NCBI GenBank assembly: GCA_045863295.1
Contig: BTWA01000043.1
Location: 1 to 52,734, forward strand
Origin: Candidatus Hydrogenedentota bacterium
GTDB lineage: Bacteria; Hydrogenedentota; Hydrogenedentia; Hydrogenedentales; SLHB01
Direction: 5' to 3'
DNA length: 52,734 nt
Shown: positions 37,819-47,651 of the stretch, piece after piece
Layout: the number at the start of each line of letters is the position of its first letter
How positions within the stretch are numbered: the stretch's first letter is position 1
Made by a program: the position numbers and the translations under genes
The notes under the pieces: generated by a model
Databases searched by the model: none
What the model saw: the letters and a program-made list of their open reading frames with translations, nothing else
What the model was told of the DNA's origin: nothing

Positions 37819-39171
37819 ATGGTTAACGCCGTTGTCATGATATGGGCCGCCATGGGCGCCGACCCAATTTCCACACAACTTGACCCACCGAATGCCTCTC
37901 TCACTCGCGAATTTCCCTTGGAACAACCTTTTCCAGCGGACGCCGTCCTGGGGGGACTGTTTGTACACGACCTCGACAATGACGGCCGAATGGATTTTCT
38001 AGTCTCATCCGAAGGTCATGTCGGCGCCTATAGCCACGATGGTGCGAAAATGTGGGGCTGGCTGGGCAATATAAAATTGTTCGAGTATAGCCACCACCCC
38101 AGTGTCATCGCCGGTGACCTCGACGGCAAGGACGGCGAAGAAATTGCCTTCCTTCAAAAGGACAATACATTGAGGGTCTTAAACGCGGCAACCGGCGAGA
38201 GCAAATACCTGCTCGGAAGCCTGGGCAAACCGGTCGCCATCGGAATCGCCAACCTGCGCGGAAAAGGCGATCGGGATATCGTCGTTCAGTACGACTTTAC
38301 ACACCTCCGGGCAATTCAGGGCGAAGATGGGAAAACGCTTTGGGAAACCGGCGAATATAAATCTATTGAGCACAGTCCATTTCGCCAAGCCGACCTCGAC
38401 GGCGATGGATTAGACGAAATCGCAGGCGCCGCACTGATTGATCACGATGGCAGACTCATGAACAACTGGGTGCTGGACGGTAACCATGAATCCATGGACT
38501 CCATGATCATCGCCGACATCGAACCTGGCGGACCTCTCGAAGTGGCCCTGGCGGAACAGCGCGGCTCAAATTCCCACACGGACGTAGTCAATAAGGACCG
38601 TATCCTCTGGCGGACTCTGAATCCGTGGGATTGGGAAGACCCGGATAAATTGGTCGTCGGAGAATTTGATACAAGTAAACCCGGCCTCGAAGTGTTTAAT
38701 CGCTCGTCCGGCGGAGACGGTGTCGCACCGCGCGGCGACGAAGAACCGTTTGTGGAAGAAGAGGCTCCGTGGGTGCTCGATTCCAAAGGGGAATTGATTA
38801 CGAAGTACTACCTGAACGACAAGAAACCATCATGGTGGACTGGGCACGGCCTGGAAGAGATATTCCGTATAGACTGGGACGGGGACTCACAGGATGAATT
38901 GCTCGGAAAAGAAAGACACAAGGTCGGCGCCGGCGCAATCGTGGACGCGATCACCGGCGAGTTTCGCCTGATCTACCCTGTAAAAGCGATTCGCATCTAT
39001 GCAGCCAACATCGAAGGGGACTCACGGGAGGAAGTCATTGTGTTGGATGAATCCGGCACGTTGCAAATCTTTGCGAACACGGCAACCAATCCTCACCCGC
39101 CAAAGATAGATCCCTGGTCACAGAACCACTATCGCCGGCAGAAACAGAATTGGAACTACTACTCGCCATGA
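37819..39171 (+). CDS. FG-GAP/Ca-binding repeat beta-propeller protein (rhamnogalacturonan-lyase-like fold)
   Basis: Repeated DLD.DG..E motifs (HDLDNDG, GDLDGKDG, ADLDGDG, IDWDGD, IEGDSREE). Start codon uncertain (37798 or 37819). Confidence 0.75.
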   Translation: MVNAVVMIWAAMGADPISTQLDPPNASLTREFPLEQPFPADAVLGGLFVHDLDNDGRMDFLVSSEGHVGAYSHDGAKMWGWLGNIKLFEYSHHPSVIAGDLDGKDGEEIAFLQKDNTLRVLNAATGESKYLLGSLGKPVAIGIANLRGKGDRDIVVQYDFTHLRAIQGEDGKTLWETGEYKSIEHSPFRQADLDGDGLDEIAGAALIDHDGRLMNNWVLDGNHESMDSMIIADIEPGGPLEVALAEQRGSNSHTDVVNKDRILWRTLNPWDWEDPDKLVVGEFDTSKPGLEVFNRSSGGDGVAPRGDEEPFVEEEAPWVLDSKGELITKYYLNDKKPSWWTGHGLEEIFRIDWDGDSQDELLGKERHKVGAGAIVDAITGEFRLIYPVKAIRIYAANIEGDSREEVIVLDESGTLQIFANTATNPHPPKIDPWSQNHYRRQKQNWNYYSP

Positions 39172-39200
39172 GGCAGACTGAATAACTTGAAGGAAACAAT

Positions 39201-40169
39201 ATGAAGATCGGCTTATACAGCATCACTTACCGCGGCGTCTGGTACCAGGGCGAAGCCATCGATGTATTCAGCCTGATGACCCTCGCCAAGCAACAGGGTT
39301 GGGAAGGCCTCGAACTCGATACCGAACGGCCCCACGCAGCGCCCATGGACTTGTCACACGACGACCGCAAACGTCTCCGAAACCTCAGTGGTGAATTGGA
39401 ATTGCCGATCTGCGCCGTCTCGCCCAACTGCGATCTCTCAAGCCCGGTTCCCGTTCACCGCGAAGCCATGATCTGTTACGTGCGCGAATGCATCAAACTC
39501 GCCCACGACATCGGCTCACCCATCTGTAAAATATTCGCCGCATGGCGTGGCATCACCATCCACGACGGAATCGCCACCTACGACGAAACCTACGGATACA
39601 ATCAGTTCGGATTCTGGAAGGGCGATCGTTGGTCATTTGTCGTCGATGCGCTCAAGGAACTCTGCCAGGTTGCGGAAGATCACGGCATTGTCTTGGCCAT
39701 GCAAAACCACGGTCCCGATGTGGTGAACAACTACCACGACGTGCTCCAACTTATTGAGGATGTCGGCTCGCCTGCGTTGAAGGGTTGCATGGACATTAAC
39801 ATCGAGCCCCAAGCCGATTCCCCGGAACACGCACGGCAAATGGTCCGCATCTGTGGCGAGCACCAGATACACTCCCACTGCAACGGAGAGTTCGCGCGAA
39901 ACGAAGCCGGTGAAGTGGAACTGGTCGCGGGAGGCTATTTTGACAAGCAATTCTGGGGGCGCCAGGTCGCCTATCCCGCGTACATCGAAACCTTGATCGA
40001 AAACGGGTACAAAGGCTACATCAATTGGGAATTCTGTCATCCCGCCAAGGAAGGCAAGAAGTTCGCCGACATTAATTACGTGCATAACCAGACGGCCTTG
40101 GCGCACGAATACCTGAGTTCGTTGCGCGAAATGGCAAGAGCCAAATTGGCGCTCGCACAGTCCAAGTAA
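39201..40169 (+). CDS. sugar phosphate isomerase/epimerase (xylose isomerase-like TIM barrel)
   Basis: GWEGLEL, I.LA..IG.P, LAMQNH, CMD, HSH and GY.G.INWE. GAAGGA RBS. Confidence 0.85.
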   Translation: MKIGLYSITYRGVWYQGEAIDVFSLMTLAKQQGWEGLELDTERPHAAPMDLSHDDRKRLRNLSGELELPICAVSPNCDLSSPVPVHREAMICYVRECIKLAHDIGSPICKIFAAWRGITIHDGIATYDETYGYNQFGFWKGDRWSFVVDALKELCQVAEDHGIVLAMQNHGPDVVNNYHDVLQLIEDVGSPALKGCMDINIEPQADSPEHARQMVRICGEHQIHSHCNGEFARNEAGEVELVAGGYFDKQFWGRQVAYPAYIETLIENGYKGYINWEFCHPAKEGKKFADINYVHNQTALAHEYLSSLREMARAKLALAQSK

Positions 40170-40184
40170 GCGGAGATCACATGC

Positions 40185-41543
40185 ATGAAACCGAACAAGA
40201 AGCATCTCCCGACGCGACGCCACTTTCTAGCAGCAGGCGCCACAATCCCCGCCATCATGCTGGCCAAGAACGTGCGGGCGCAGGCCGCACCCAGCGATAT
40301 TTTGAATGTCGCCGTTATCGGAACGGGCGGACGTGGCACGGACAACCTCGAAGCGGTTCAGAAAGCAGGAGGTGCACGCCTGATCGCTTTCTGCGACGTG
40401 GACGATGCCCGTGCTGCTCGCACATACGAGCGTTACCCGGACCTGCCCAAGTATCGCGACTTCCGCACGATGCTCGACAGGGAAAAAGACATTGACGCAG
40501 TCATTGTGGCCACTCCGGATCATACGCACGCTCTCGCGGCGTTGGCGGCCATCCAACTCGGCAAACACGTGTATTGCGAAAAACCGTTGACCCACACAGT
40601 TCATGAAGCCCGGGTTCTCGCTCAGGCCGCCCGCGAGAAGAAAGTCGCCACGCAAATGGGAAACCAGGGCATGGCCTTTGAAGGAAACCGCCTGCTCACG
40701 GAATGGATTGAAGCCGGGGCCATCGGACCCGTCCGCGAAGTCCATGCATGGTCGGACCGGCCCACTCACAACGGCAAGCTTATGTGGGCACAGGGTCTCG
40801 ATCGGCCTGCCGACACGCCCGCTGTGCCGGATACGCTCGACTGGGACTTGTGGCTTTCCGCCGCCCCGGATCGCCCCTACCATCCCGCCTATGTGCCGTT
40901 TGCTTGGCGCGGCTGGTGGGATTTCGGATCGGGCGGACTCGGCGATATGGGCATACACAATCTCGCACCGGTGTTTTTCACGCTCAAGTTGGGCGCGCCG
41001 GAAAGCGTCAGCGCGAACTCCACGCTGTTCAACAACGACAGCCTTCCGCTCGCATCAACCGTGCACTACCGTTTCCCGGCGCGCGGCGACCTGCCCCCCG
41101 TCGATCTCCACTGGTACGACGGTGGCATCTTGCCGGCACGGCCCGAAGAGTTGGAACCCGGCGAAGAGCTCAACCCCGAAGACGGTGTCATCTTCGTCGG
41201 CGAAAATGGAAAAATCCTCACGGAAGGCTGGGGCAGCGAGCGCGTGCGGCTCCTGCCAAAGGCGCGTATGGATGAATTCAAACCCCCTGCGCCAACCCTG
41301 ACCCGCTCCATCGGACACCACGCGGAATGGATCGAGGCATGCAAAGGCGGCGCGCCAGCGCAATCCAATTTTGATTTTGCCGGCCCGCTTACCGAAGCGG
41401 TGCTTTTGGGCGTCGTCGCAGTCCGGACGCGCAAGCATCTGATCTGGGATTCCGAAAATCTCGCAGTCACCAACGTGCCCGAAGCCAGCGCCTTCATTAC
41501 AAAGCAATACCGAAAGGGTTGGGAGTTGGGCAAAATCGGATAA
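40185..41543 (+). CDS. Tat-exported Gfo/Idh/MocA oxidoreductase
   Basis: [46 protein letters not shown]. Confidence 0.9.
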   Translation: MKPNKKHLPTRRHFLAAGATIPAIMLAKNVRAQAAPSDILNVAVIGTGGRGTDNLEAVQKAGGARLIAFCDVDDARAARTYERYPDLPKYRDFRTMLDREKDIDAVIVATPDHTHALAALAAIQLGKHVYCEKPLTHTVHEARVLAQAAREKKVATQMGNQGMAFEGNRLLTEWIEAGAIGPVREVHAWSDRPTHNGKLMWAQGLDRPADTPAVPDTLDWDLWLSAAPDRPYHPAYVPFAWRGWWDFGSGGLGDMGIHNLAPVFFTLKLGAPESVSANSTLFNNDSLPLASTVHYRFPARGDLPPVDLHWYDGGILPARPEELEPGEELNPEDGVIFVGENGKILTEGWGSERVRLLPKARMDEFKPPAPTLTRSIGHHAEWIEACKGGAPAQSNFDFAGPLTEAVLLGVVAVRTRKHLIWDSENLAVTNVPEASAFITKQYRKGWELGKIG

Positions 41544-41606
41544 GTCTCTTTGCAGCAGTGTGACGCAATGCGTGTCGCCGGGCACGCGCATTCTTTGGGG
41601 GGAAGT

Positions 41607-44108
41607 ATGAAATCATTGGTGCTAATCCTGTTGGTTCCTTTCGCAAATGCCCTTGCCCTCGCGCAAGATACGTCCGTTTCACTCAAAGACATGACCGCAT
41701 GGTCCATTGTGTGCGACGACGCTTCAACGGATTCAGAGAAATTCGCCGCAACCGAATTCCAACGCTTGTATCACGAACTGATGGGCGTGACGCTTCCCAT
41801 GGTTGAGGTGGCTGCATCAAATGCATCCGGCATTTACATCGGTCCCGATGCTGTTTCGAAAGCCGGCCTGCCGCCGCTGGACGATCCCGGCGAAGAAACG
41901 CTCCGAATCATCGTCCAGGAAAACAAGCTCTGCATCGACGGCGGGCGCCCCCGCGGCACGCTCTACGGCGTGTATGAATTCTTCGAGGAGCTTTGTGGCG
42001 CGCGCTTTTTAACCGCTGATCACACGTACTTCCCAAGCGAAGCCTGGACGATATCCATACCCTTCGGTGAACACGTCTACACCCCTCCATTCGCATTCCG
42101 CTGGTCCTACTACGGCGAAACGAACCGGCAACCGGAGTTCGCCGCGCGCCTCAGGGTAAACACCGTGGGCGACGACCCGAAACTCGGCGGCCGCACGGGC
42201 TATCGCCTGGTCGGTCACAACGTCGCCTATCTCGTGCCGCCGTCCACATTCGGCGCGGATCACCCGGAGTACTACGCGCTGGTGGACGGCCAACGTAAAC
42301 TCGATATGCCCGGCGGCGGACCCCAGTTGTGCATGACCAATCCCGAACTCGTCGATATTGTCGTGGAGGCCGTGCTCAAGGAAATCGAGAAGAATCCGGA
42401 CGCCAGAAACATCAACGTGGCGCACATGGACAACCAGGACTATTGCACCTGCGAGAACTGTGCGGCCGTTGATGCGCGCGAGGAATCCCATGCCGGCGCC
42501 ACGCTCGCCTTTGTCAACGCGGTGGCCGAACGGGTGTCCAAGACTCATCCCGACGTGCTGATTGGCACCTACGCCTATCAATACACCCGCAAGCCGCCGA
42601 AAACACTGCGCGCGCACCCCAACGTAATGATCCAACTCTGCAGCATCGAATGTTGCGATTTCCACGCCATCAACGACCCAGCCTGTTCGCTGAACCGCGA
42701 ATTCTGCAGCGACATGGACGGCTGGAAACCCAAGGCGGACCACATCTTCGTCTGGCACTACAATACGAACTTCCGAGGGTATCTGCTCCCCTTTCCAAAT
42801 TTCCGCAGCATCGGCAAGAGCGTGGATTACTTCCGCAACAACAACGGCCAGGGCGTCTTCATGCAGGCCGCTGGGAATGGCTACTCATCCGAACTCAGCG
42901 ACCTCCGCAATTACGTCATGGCCCGTTGCCTCTGGAAGCCCGGTCGGGACAGTTGGGCGGAAATGGAAGAATTCTGCCGCCTGCACTATGCCGAGGCCGC
43001 GCAACCCATCATTGACTACCTCACCGACTACCACTCACTCATAGAGTCAAAGCAGTTGCATCCCACCTGCTTTCCAACAGAGTCCGCACTTGCAATCGAT
43101 CGCGAATCTTCGCGCCGGATTCTGGATTATTTTGAAAAGGCGGCTGCCCTCGCGCAGAGCGATGCCATTCGCCGCCGCGTGGAAAAGGCGTCGCTGTGCG
43201 CCTACCGCGCCGTGCTTAGCGGCGTGGAAATGAAACTCGTCTTCGCCGATGGCGTCTGCCGCCCTGATCTCACGGGTTTGGATCCCGGCCTCCTGAATCG
43301 ATACAGGCAATTGTGCACCACGTACGACGTGGCCATGGAGGACGAGCACACCACCAACGAGGCGTATCTCGCGGAGTTGGAAAAGCTCCATGCCGGGATC
43401 AACGCGGCGATGGTGGAAAACGAGTTTTGGCGGGTCATCGTATTACCGGAACTGAACGGCAAGTTGGCTGAACTCACCTACAAACCCGCGAACCGCAACG
43501 TGGCCTATGCGAATCGCGGCTTCAAACGGTTCCGGTTCGAGGATTGGGTGCGCCAGGGACAAGGCGGCCCGCAATCGCAGAATATCGTTGCATTCGAGAC
43601 AACGACTGAACCCAAGGCCATCGTGCTAACGCATACCACCGAAGACGGCACGGCGTTCCGCCGCTCGATCACACTGAAAGATGAGGCGGTCGAATTCGCC
43701 ATCTCGATGACGGCAGGGGCTGACCGCATCGCGGATTTTTATATCCATCCCGAATACGACGCCGCCACGTTTTCGGATAGCGCCCAGGATGTCGGTCTGT
43801 ACGTAAAATCGCCGGAATGGGTGCACGCCAACGCCGATTGGAAACACGCCATTGCCGACGACGAGGAGACAGCACTCATCAAGAATGCCGCGTCGGGCGG
43901 CGCTTTCGCCTATTTCAGCCGGGAAGCCAACTTTGGAATCGAACAGCGGTTCGACCCGGCCACCATGCAAAGCCTGGTGCCGTTCTGGAGTCCGTCGCGG
44001 CGTCAAGTCAACCTGGAGATGTTTCCATTCGTGCGCACCCTCGCCAAGGGCGAGACGGCAGAATGCAGATATGAAGTCCGGTTTCTGGCGGAGCCTCCGG
44101 CAAAGTAG
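41607..44108 (+). CDS. secreted DUF4838-domain protein
   Basis: RGTLYGVY.F.E..CG.RF, P.F..R, HPEYYAL..G.R, QLC.TNP, C.C..C, FVN.VA, AYQYT..PP and YV.A..LW.P. Confidence 0.85.
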   Translation: MKSLVLILLVPFANALALAQDTSVSLKDMTAWSIVCDDASTDSEKFAATEFQRLYHELMGVTLPMVEVAASNASGIYIGPDAVSKAGLPPLDDPGEETLRIIVQENKLCIDGGRPRGTLYGVYEFFEELCGARFLTADHTYFPSEAWTISIPFGEHVYTPPFAFRWSYYGETNRQPEFAARLRVNTVGDDPKLGGRTGYRLVGHNVAYLVPPSTFGADHPEYYALVDGQRKLDMPGGGPQLCMTNPELVDIVVEAVLKEIEKNPDARNINVAHMDNQDYCTCENCAAVDAREESHAGATLAFVNAVAERVSKTHPDVLIGTYAYQYTRKPPKTLRAHPNVMIQLCSIECCDFHAINDPACSLNREFCSDMDGWKPKADHIFVWHYNTNFRGYLLPFPNFRSIGKSVDYFRNNNGQGVFMQAAGNGYSSELSDLRNYVMARCLWKPGRDSWAEMEEFCRLHYAEAAQPIIDYLTDYHSLIESKQLHPTCFPTESALAIDRESSRRILDYFEKAAALAQSDAIRRRVEKASLCAYRAVLSGVEMKLVFADGVCRPDLTGLDPGLLNRYRQLCTTYDVAMEDEHTTNEAYLAELEKLHAGINAAMVENEFWRVIVLPELNGKLAELTYKPANRNVAYANRGFKRFRFEDWVRQGQGGPQSQNIVAFETTTEPKAIVLTHTTEDGTAFRRSITLKDEAVEFAISMTAGADRIADFYIHPEYDAATFSDSAQDVGLYVKSPEWVHANADWKHAIADDEETALIKNAASGGAFAYFSREANFGIEQRFDPATMQSLVPFWSPSRRQVNLEMFPFVRTLAKGETAECRYEVRFLAEPPAK

Positions 44109-44114
44109 CGCGGC

Positions 44115-44633
44115 TCAACGCTGCCCGCGTTTGGCCCGTTCCGCGAGGCCCCATGCAATGCCGGCCTCGTAGGGATCTCCGTCCGACGGGTCGCCGATTG
44201 GACACGGCATGCGGCCCAACTCGAGCACGGTCTTGAGCCCGGCAAGGACTGAAGGCCAGCCCATGGAGATTGCGTCTTTCACGATGGAGTCCGGCGCGAA
44301 GCCGTCATGGGTGATGGTGAGTTGGGTGAATCCGCCCGCCGGTGTCAGCTCAAAGGTGACCCTGGATTCGCCCTCGCAACTGAACACCTCGTGGAACAGT
44401 ACATTCCACGAATAGGCCAACTGCCGCGGCGGATCGTAAACGAGCACCTTGCCTGCCGTGGTCACGCCCCGTGCCGGATCCACCAGATTAACCGTCGATC
44501 CCACGGTCCAGTCGGACCGGATTTCCGTGCCGCCCCAATACTGTTTCGTAAATTCAGGATCTGTCAAACCGGCCCAGACTTGTTCCGGGGTTGCCATGAT
44601 GTAGGTGGTATACACAAACTCCGGGTTGCTCAT
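44115..44633 (-). CDS. SRPBCC (AHSA1/START-like) protein
   Basis: FVYTTYI.ATPE.VW..LTDPEFT.QYW, SDW.VGS, DPPR.L.YSW and GWP.VL..LKT.LE. Confidence 0.9.
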   Translation of the reverse strand: MSNPEFVYTTYIMATPEQVWAGLTDPEFTKQYWGGTEIRSDWTVGSTVNLVDPARGVTTAGKVLVYDPPRQLAYSWNVLFHEVFSCEGESRVTFELTPAGGFTQLTITHDGFAPDSIVKDAISMGWPSVLAGLKTVLELGRMPCPIGDPSDGDPYEAGIAWGLAERAKRGQR

Positions 44634-44634
44634 T

Positions 44635-44970
44635 TCAGCCCTCCTTCTTGCCTGCCCGCTCCAGGTGTTGCTTGAGGTCACTCAATGCCTGCATTCGAGC
44701 CCGTTCGAATTTCGAGATCCATCGCTCGTAGATGCTCTGGATGGGCACCGGATTCAGGAAGTGCAGCTTCTCCCTTCCTCGCCAAACAATGACCACCAGA
44801 TTCGCTTCCTCGAGCAACCCAAGATGTTTCGTCACCGCCTGACGCGACATGTTCAAGGTCTCGCACAACGCGCTCAGAGACTGACCATTCTCCGCGCACA
44901 ACCGATCCATCAGTCGCCGCCGGCTGGGATCGGCGAGCGCCTTGAAGACTTTGTCGGAGTCGGTGACCAT
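44635..44970 (-). CDS. ArsR/SmtB-family transcriptional regulator
   Basis: VFKALADPSRR.L.DRL, MSRQAVTKHL..LEEANLV and GREKLH.LNPVPI..I.ERWI.KF. Confidence 0.92.
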   Translation of the reverse strand: MVTDSDKVFKALADPSRRRLMDRLCAENGQSLSALCETLNMSRQAVTKHLGLLEEANLVVIVWRGREKLHFLNPVPIQSIYERWISKFERARMQALSDLKQHLERAGKKEG

Positions 44971-44981
44971 CGTATGGCGGG

Positions 44982-45011
44982 ATTATATGCAACCTTTTGG
45001 TTGCATGTCAA
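44982..45011 (-). promoter_or_regulatory. sigma70 promoter with a palindromic operator in the spacer
   Basis: Minus strand TTGACA (45011-45006) N18 TATAAT (44987-44982). Perfect palindrome ATGCAACC-N4-GGTTGCAT at 44987-45006. Confidence 0.8.
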
Positions 45012-45068
45012 CCCTCTGAAACCAGCCCCCTCCAATCCTCTCAGTGGGTTCGCGGGCAGGCAAGGAAG

Positions 45069-45356
45069 TCAGTCGTCGTCGTCGCGTCCATTCGAAAATG
45101 CCCACGCGTCCACGGTTCGCAACCGGGATGAAAGCTCGTACAACGTCAGGCCCCTATACTTTTGCACGGGCCGTTGCATCGGACCCGAGGGCTTTGCCTT
45201 GCACGACCCAAACTCGCGGGACACGTCAAATTCGGCTTCGTCGTCCCAGCCCGCATGCGGGGTCCAATCGCTTCCACCGGCTCGCTTCATGCTCCAAAAC
45301 TCCACATCATGCTCCACCTGAACTACTTGCACGCCGATAGGGTAGCCACATACCAT
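45069..45356 (-). CDS. possible small hypothetical protein
   Basis: 95-aa ORF filling an otherwise empty gap. No recognisable motif. Confidence 0.3.
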   Translation of the reverse strand: MVCGYPIGVQVVQVEHDVEFWSMKRAGGSDWTPHAGWDDEAEFDVSREFGSCKAKPSGPMQRPVQKYRGLTLYELSSRLRTVDAWAFSNGRDDDD

Positions 45357-45434
45357 TTTGCCGGGGTCAGCGAACCGTTAAGTCTCCGTGAGCGGCTTTC
45401 GCGGTGGCGGACCGGATCTTAACAACGCGGAGAA

Positions 45435-47372
45435 TTGCACTTGATCAGGCTTCCATGGTTCGCACTTACCGGCATGTTTGCCCTTTCATTCGTTTCCGCC
45501 GCGGAACCGTTGAAAGCCGCGTTGGATAGCGGCGGCGCCCACCCCGGGATCCGCATTGTCAGCGGCGACCGCGTCGTCTTCTCTCCAGTTTCCGGCAGTG
45601 GACTTCGGTTGTTTCAGCCCGGGGGCGAAACGGCATTGGTCTACGAGTCCGTCGTGAACGAAGGCGGGACTATGTCGTTAACATCCACTTCGGCGCAAGG
45701 GTTTGTAGTTACAGACACGTTTCGTACCCTCTCCCCCTCGTTGATCGAACGCAACGTGACTGTGGAGGCCACCGCGGACGGCCGTTACTACCTGGACTTC
45801 GGGTGGCACGTGGACGTGGAGGGATCGTTTCATTCTTTCATGGGCGAGGAGAAGTCCTCCGCCGCGTATACCACGAGTTGCTCGGGTCCGGAATTCGGCG
45901 GCGGGTCCATGCAAACGTTTCCATTCCTCGGCGTCAACGCGGGTGGCACGCTGTTCGGAATCATCGGCGATTCGCCGGGCCTGTGGGAGAATCGTTCGTT
46001 CCTGGCATTTGATGTGGACCAGCGCACCTTCTCCTTGCGCAACGGCGACGGATCCGCCAAACGGGCCATTGCCATCCCCCGCGAAGTGGACGCCACGACC
46101 GTGTACCGCGCGTATTTCGACGGCTGGCAACATATCGAAGCCGACGAATCGCAGACGTGGACAAGCTGGATCTTCACGTCGCCCGTGAAATCGCAGTACG
46201 ACGTGCAACTCGCCGCGCACCTTGCCTTGGCCAATGGCAAAGGATTCAATTCGTCTGGGCTGGAAGCCATTTTGCGCAACACCTCGTATCTCCTGCTTCG
46301 CCGCAATTTTCTCCGGCCGGAGAGCGACTACATCTTTATCTCCGGCGTCGGCTACGGCTGGAAGCAATGGGTCACCGATGGCTTTTACATGAGCCGCGGC
46401 CTGGACGATCCGAAATACGACGCGGCGTCGCACGCGGCGGTGTTTTTCGAACGCATCAACTACGAAGACAACGCGCAGTACTACCTGATCTGGTCCGTGC
46501 TCGTGAAACGGGCCGGGGGCGACCTCGACATGCGGACCGTCGATCGCGCCTACCGGTTCATGCGCCAGCACGAGGTGGACGGTCTGTTCTGTCCACCCCG
46601 CCTCAAACCGGATCAGAAAAATTTCCGCACCTACCACGACATTCTCGAATACGAGGACGGCGACCCCCCCTCCTCCAATCAAGGCTTTCATTGCGGGGCG
46701 CTGTTCGCAGCCCGCGAACTCGGCTACGAAATCGCCGACGCCGAAATCGCGAAGGCCATCGAAGGCTACCGGCGCATGTTCAATGTTGAGGGCGGCTACA
46801 TGGCCACGAGCCTTCAACAGCAGCACCACATCGGCCAGGACTCGCTGTACGGCGAAGTGCTGACCTACTGCGTGTTCGGCGAAAAGCTCCTGCCCGACGA
46901 CATGGTGCGTACCCACCTCGAAACGACGATGCGCATTCAATCGCCCTACGGCATGCGGGTCATCAGCAAAGCCAACGGTGATCTGCTCGACGGCCACAGC
47001 GGTTCCTACGTCTTCGGCGGTTCGTGGTTTCTGAACGACGCCGCCAACTACCTCGCCGGCCTTATCCACGGCATGGACCCCGCCTGGGTGGATCAACAAC
47101 TCCTGTGGCGGCTGGAAAAAGAACTCGCCGTCATGCCCGCGTTCCACGAATCGCTGAACACCGTCGACGGCCACCCGCACGGACATCACCTCTACTCCTG
47201 GAACTCCGGGTACTGGTGGCACCGCCGCGAAGTGCGCAAACGCCTGGGCATGGAAGGCCCCGACCCCGTCGCCGTGGAACTCGACAAACGCCTCGGCGTG
47301 TCGCGCGAAAACGGCGTGCTCGCACTAACTCCGGAAACGGCTACGCTGCGTCCAACCGCCGCTACTCATTAG
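45435..47372 (+). CDS. secreted hypothetical protein, possibly six-hairpin (alpha/alpha)6 glycosidase-like
   Basis: GGAG RBS before TTG, signal peptide, beta-rich N-half and a helical C-half with W..DGFY, NQG..CGAL, Y.FGGSWFL.D and YSWN. Confidence 0.7.
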   Translation: MHLIRLPWFALTGMFALSFVSAAEPLKAALDSGGAHPGIRIVSGDRVVFSPVSGSGLRLFQPGGETALVYESVVNEGGTMSLTSTSAQGFVVTDTFRTLSPSLIERNVTVEATADGRYYLDFGWHVDVEGSFHSFMGEEKSSAAYTTSCSGPEFGGGSMQTFPFLGVNAGGTLFGIIGDSPGLWENRSFLAFDVDQRTFSLRNGDGSAKRAIAIPREVDATTVYRAYFDGWQHIEADESQTWTSWIFTSPVKSQYDVQLAAHLALANGKGFNSSGLEAILRNTSYLLLRRNFLRPESDYIFISGVGYGWKQWVTDGFYMSRGLDDPKYDAASHAAVFFERINYEDNAQYYLIWSVLVKRAGGDLDMRTVDRAYRFMRQHEVDGLFCPPRLKPDQKNFRTYHDILEYEDGDPPSSNQGFHCGALFAARELGYEIADAEIAKAIEGYRRMFNVEGGYMATSLQQQHHIGQDSLYGEVLTYCVFGEKLLPDDMVRTHLETTMRIQSPYGMRVISKANGDLLDGHSGSYVFGGSWFLNDAANYLAGLIHGMDPAWVDQQLLWRLEKELAVMPAFHESLNTVDGHPHGHHLYSWNSGYWWHRREVRKRLGMEGPDPVAVELDKRLGVSRENGVLALTPETATLRPTAATH

Positions 47373-47486
47373 TGCACACGTGTTGCACTCGCCGGGAATG
47401 GGTACCAGGATTCAAGGGGGATGCACCTACTTTTCTTTGACGATACAAGGGGGGTGATCCCTCTGAATTCGTTGTACGTACTTATT

Positions 47487-47651
47487 TCATGGCCGCCCCT
47501 CGGCGATCACCCCCTGCCAAGTTGCGTGCTGCGAACTCCCTCTTCCGCGTTTTGGAAGGACGGCCAAACACAAGACGTCAAACAGGGACTTCCGCCATCC
47601 GATGCAGAGTCCTTGTGATCAGGGAGTTCCTGGATGATTTGCACAGGGCAT
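47487..47651 (-). pseudogene. possible decayed B-box/zinc-finger gene fragment
   Basis: GAAAGG RBS, then MPCANHPGTP*SQGLCIGWRKSL, which resembles the C.NHP...C..C.K..C pattern with a stop and lost Cys. Confidence 0.25.

Noticed and set aside
45678..47222. 514-aa minus-strand ORF
   Set aside because: Antisense shadow of 45435-47372, with a composition typical of reverse-frame reading.
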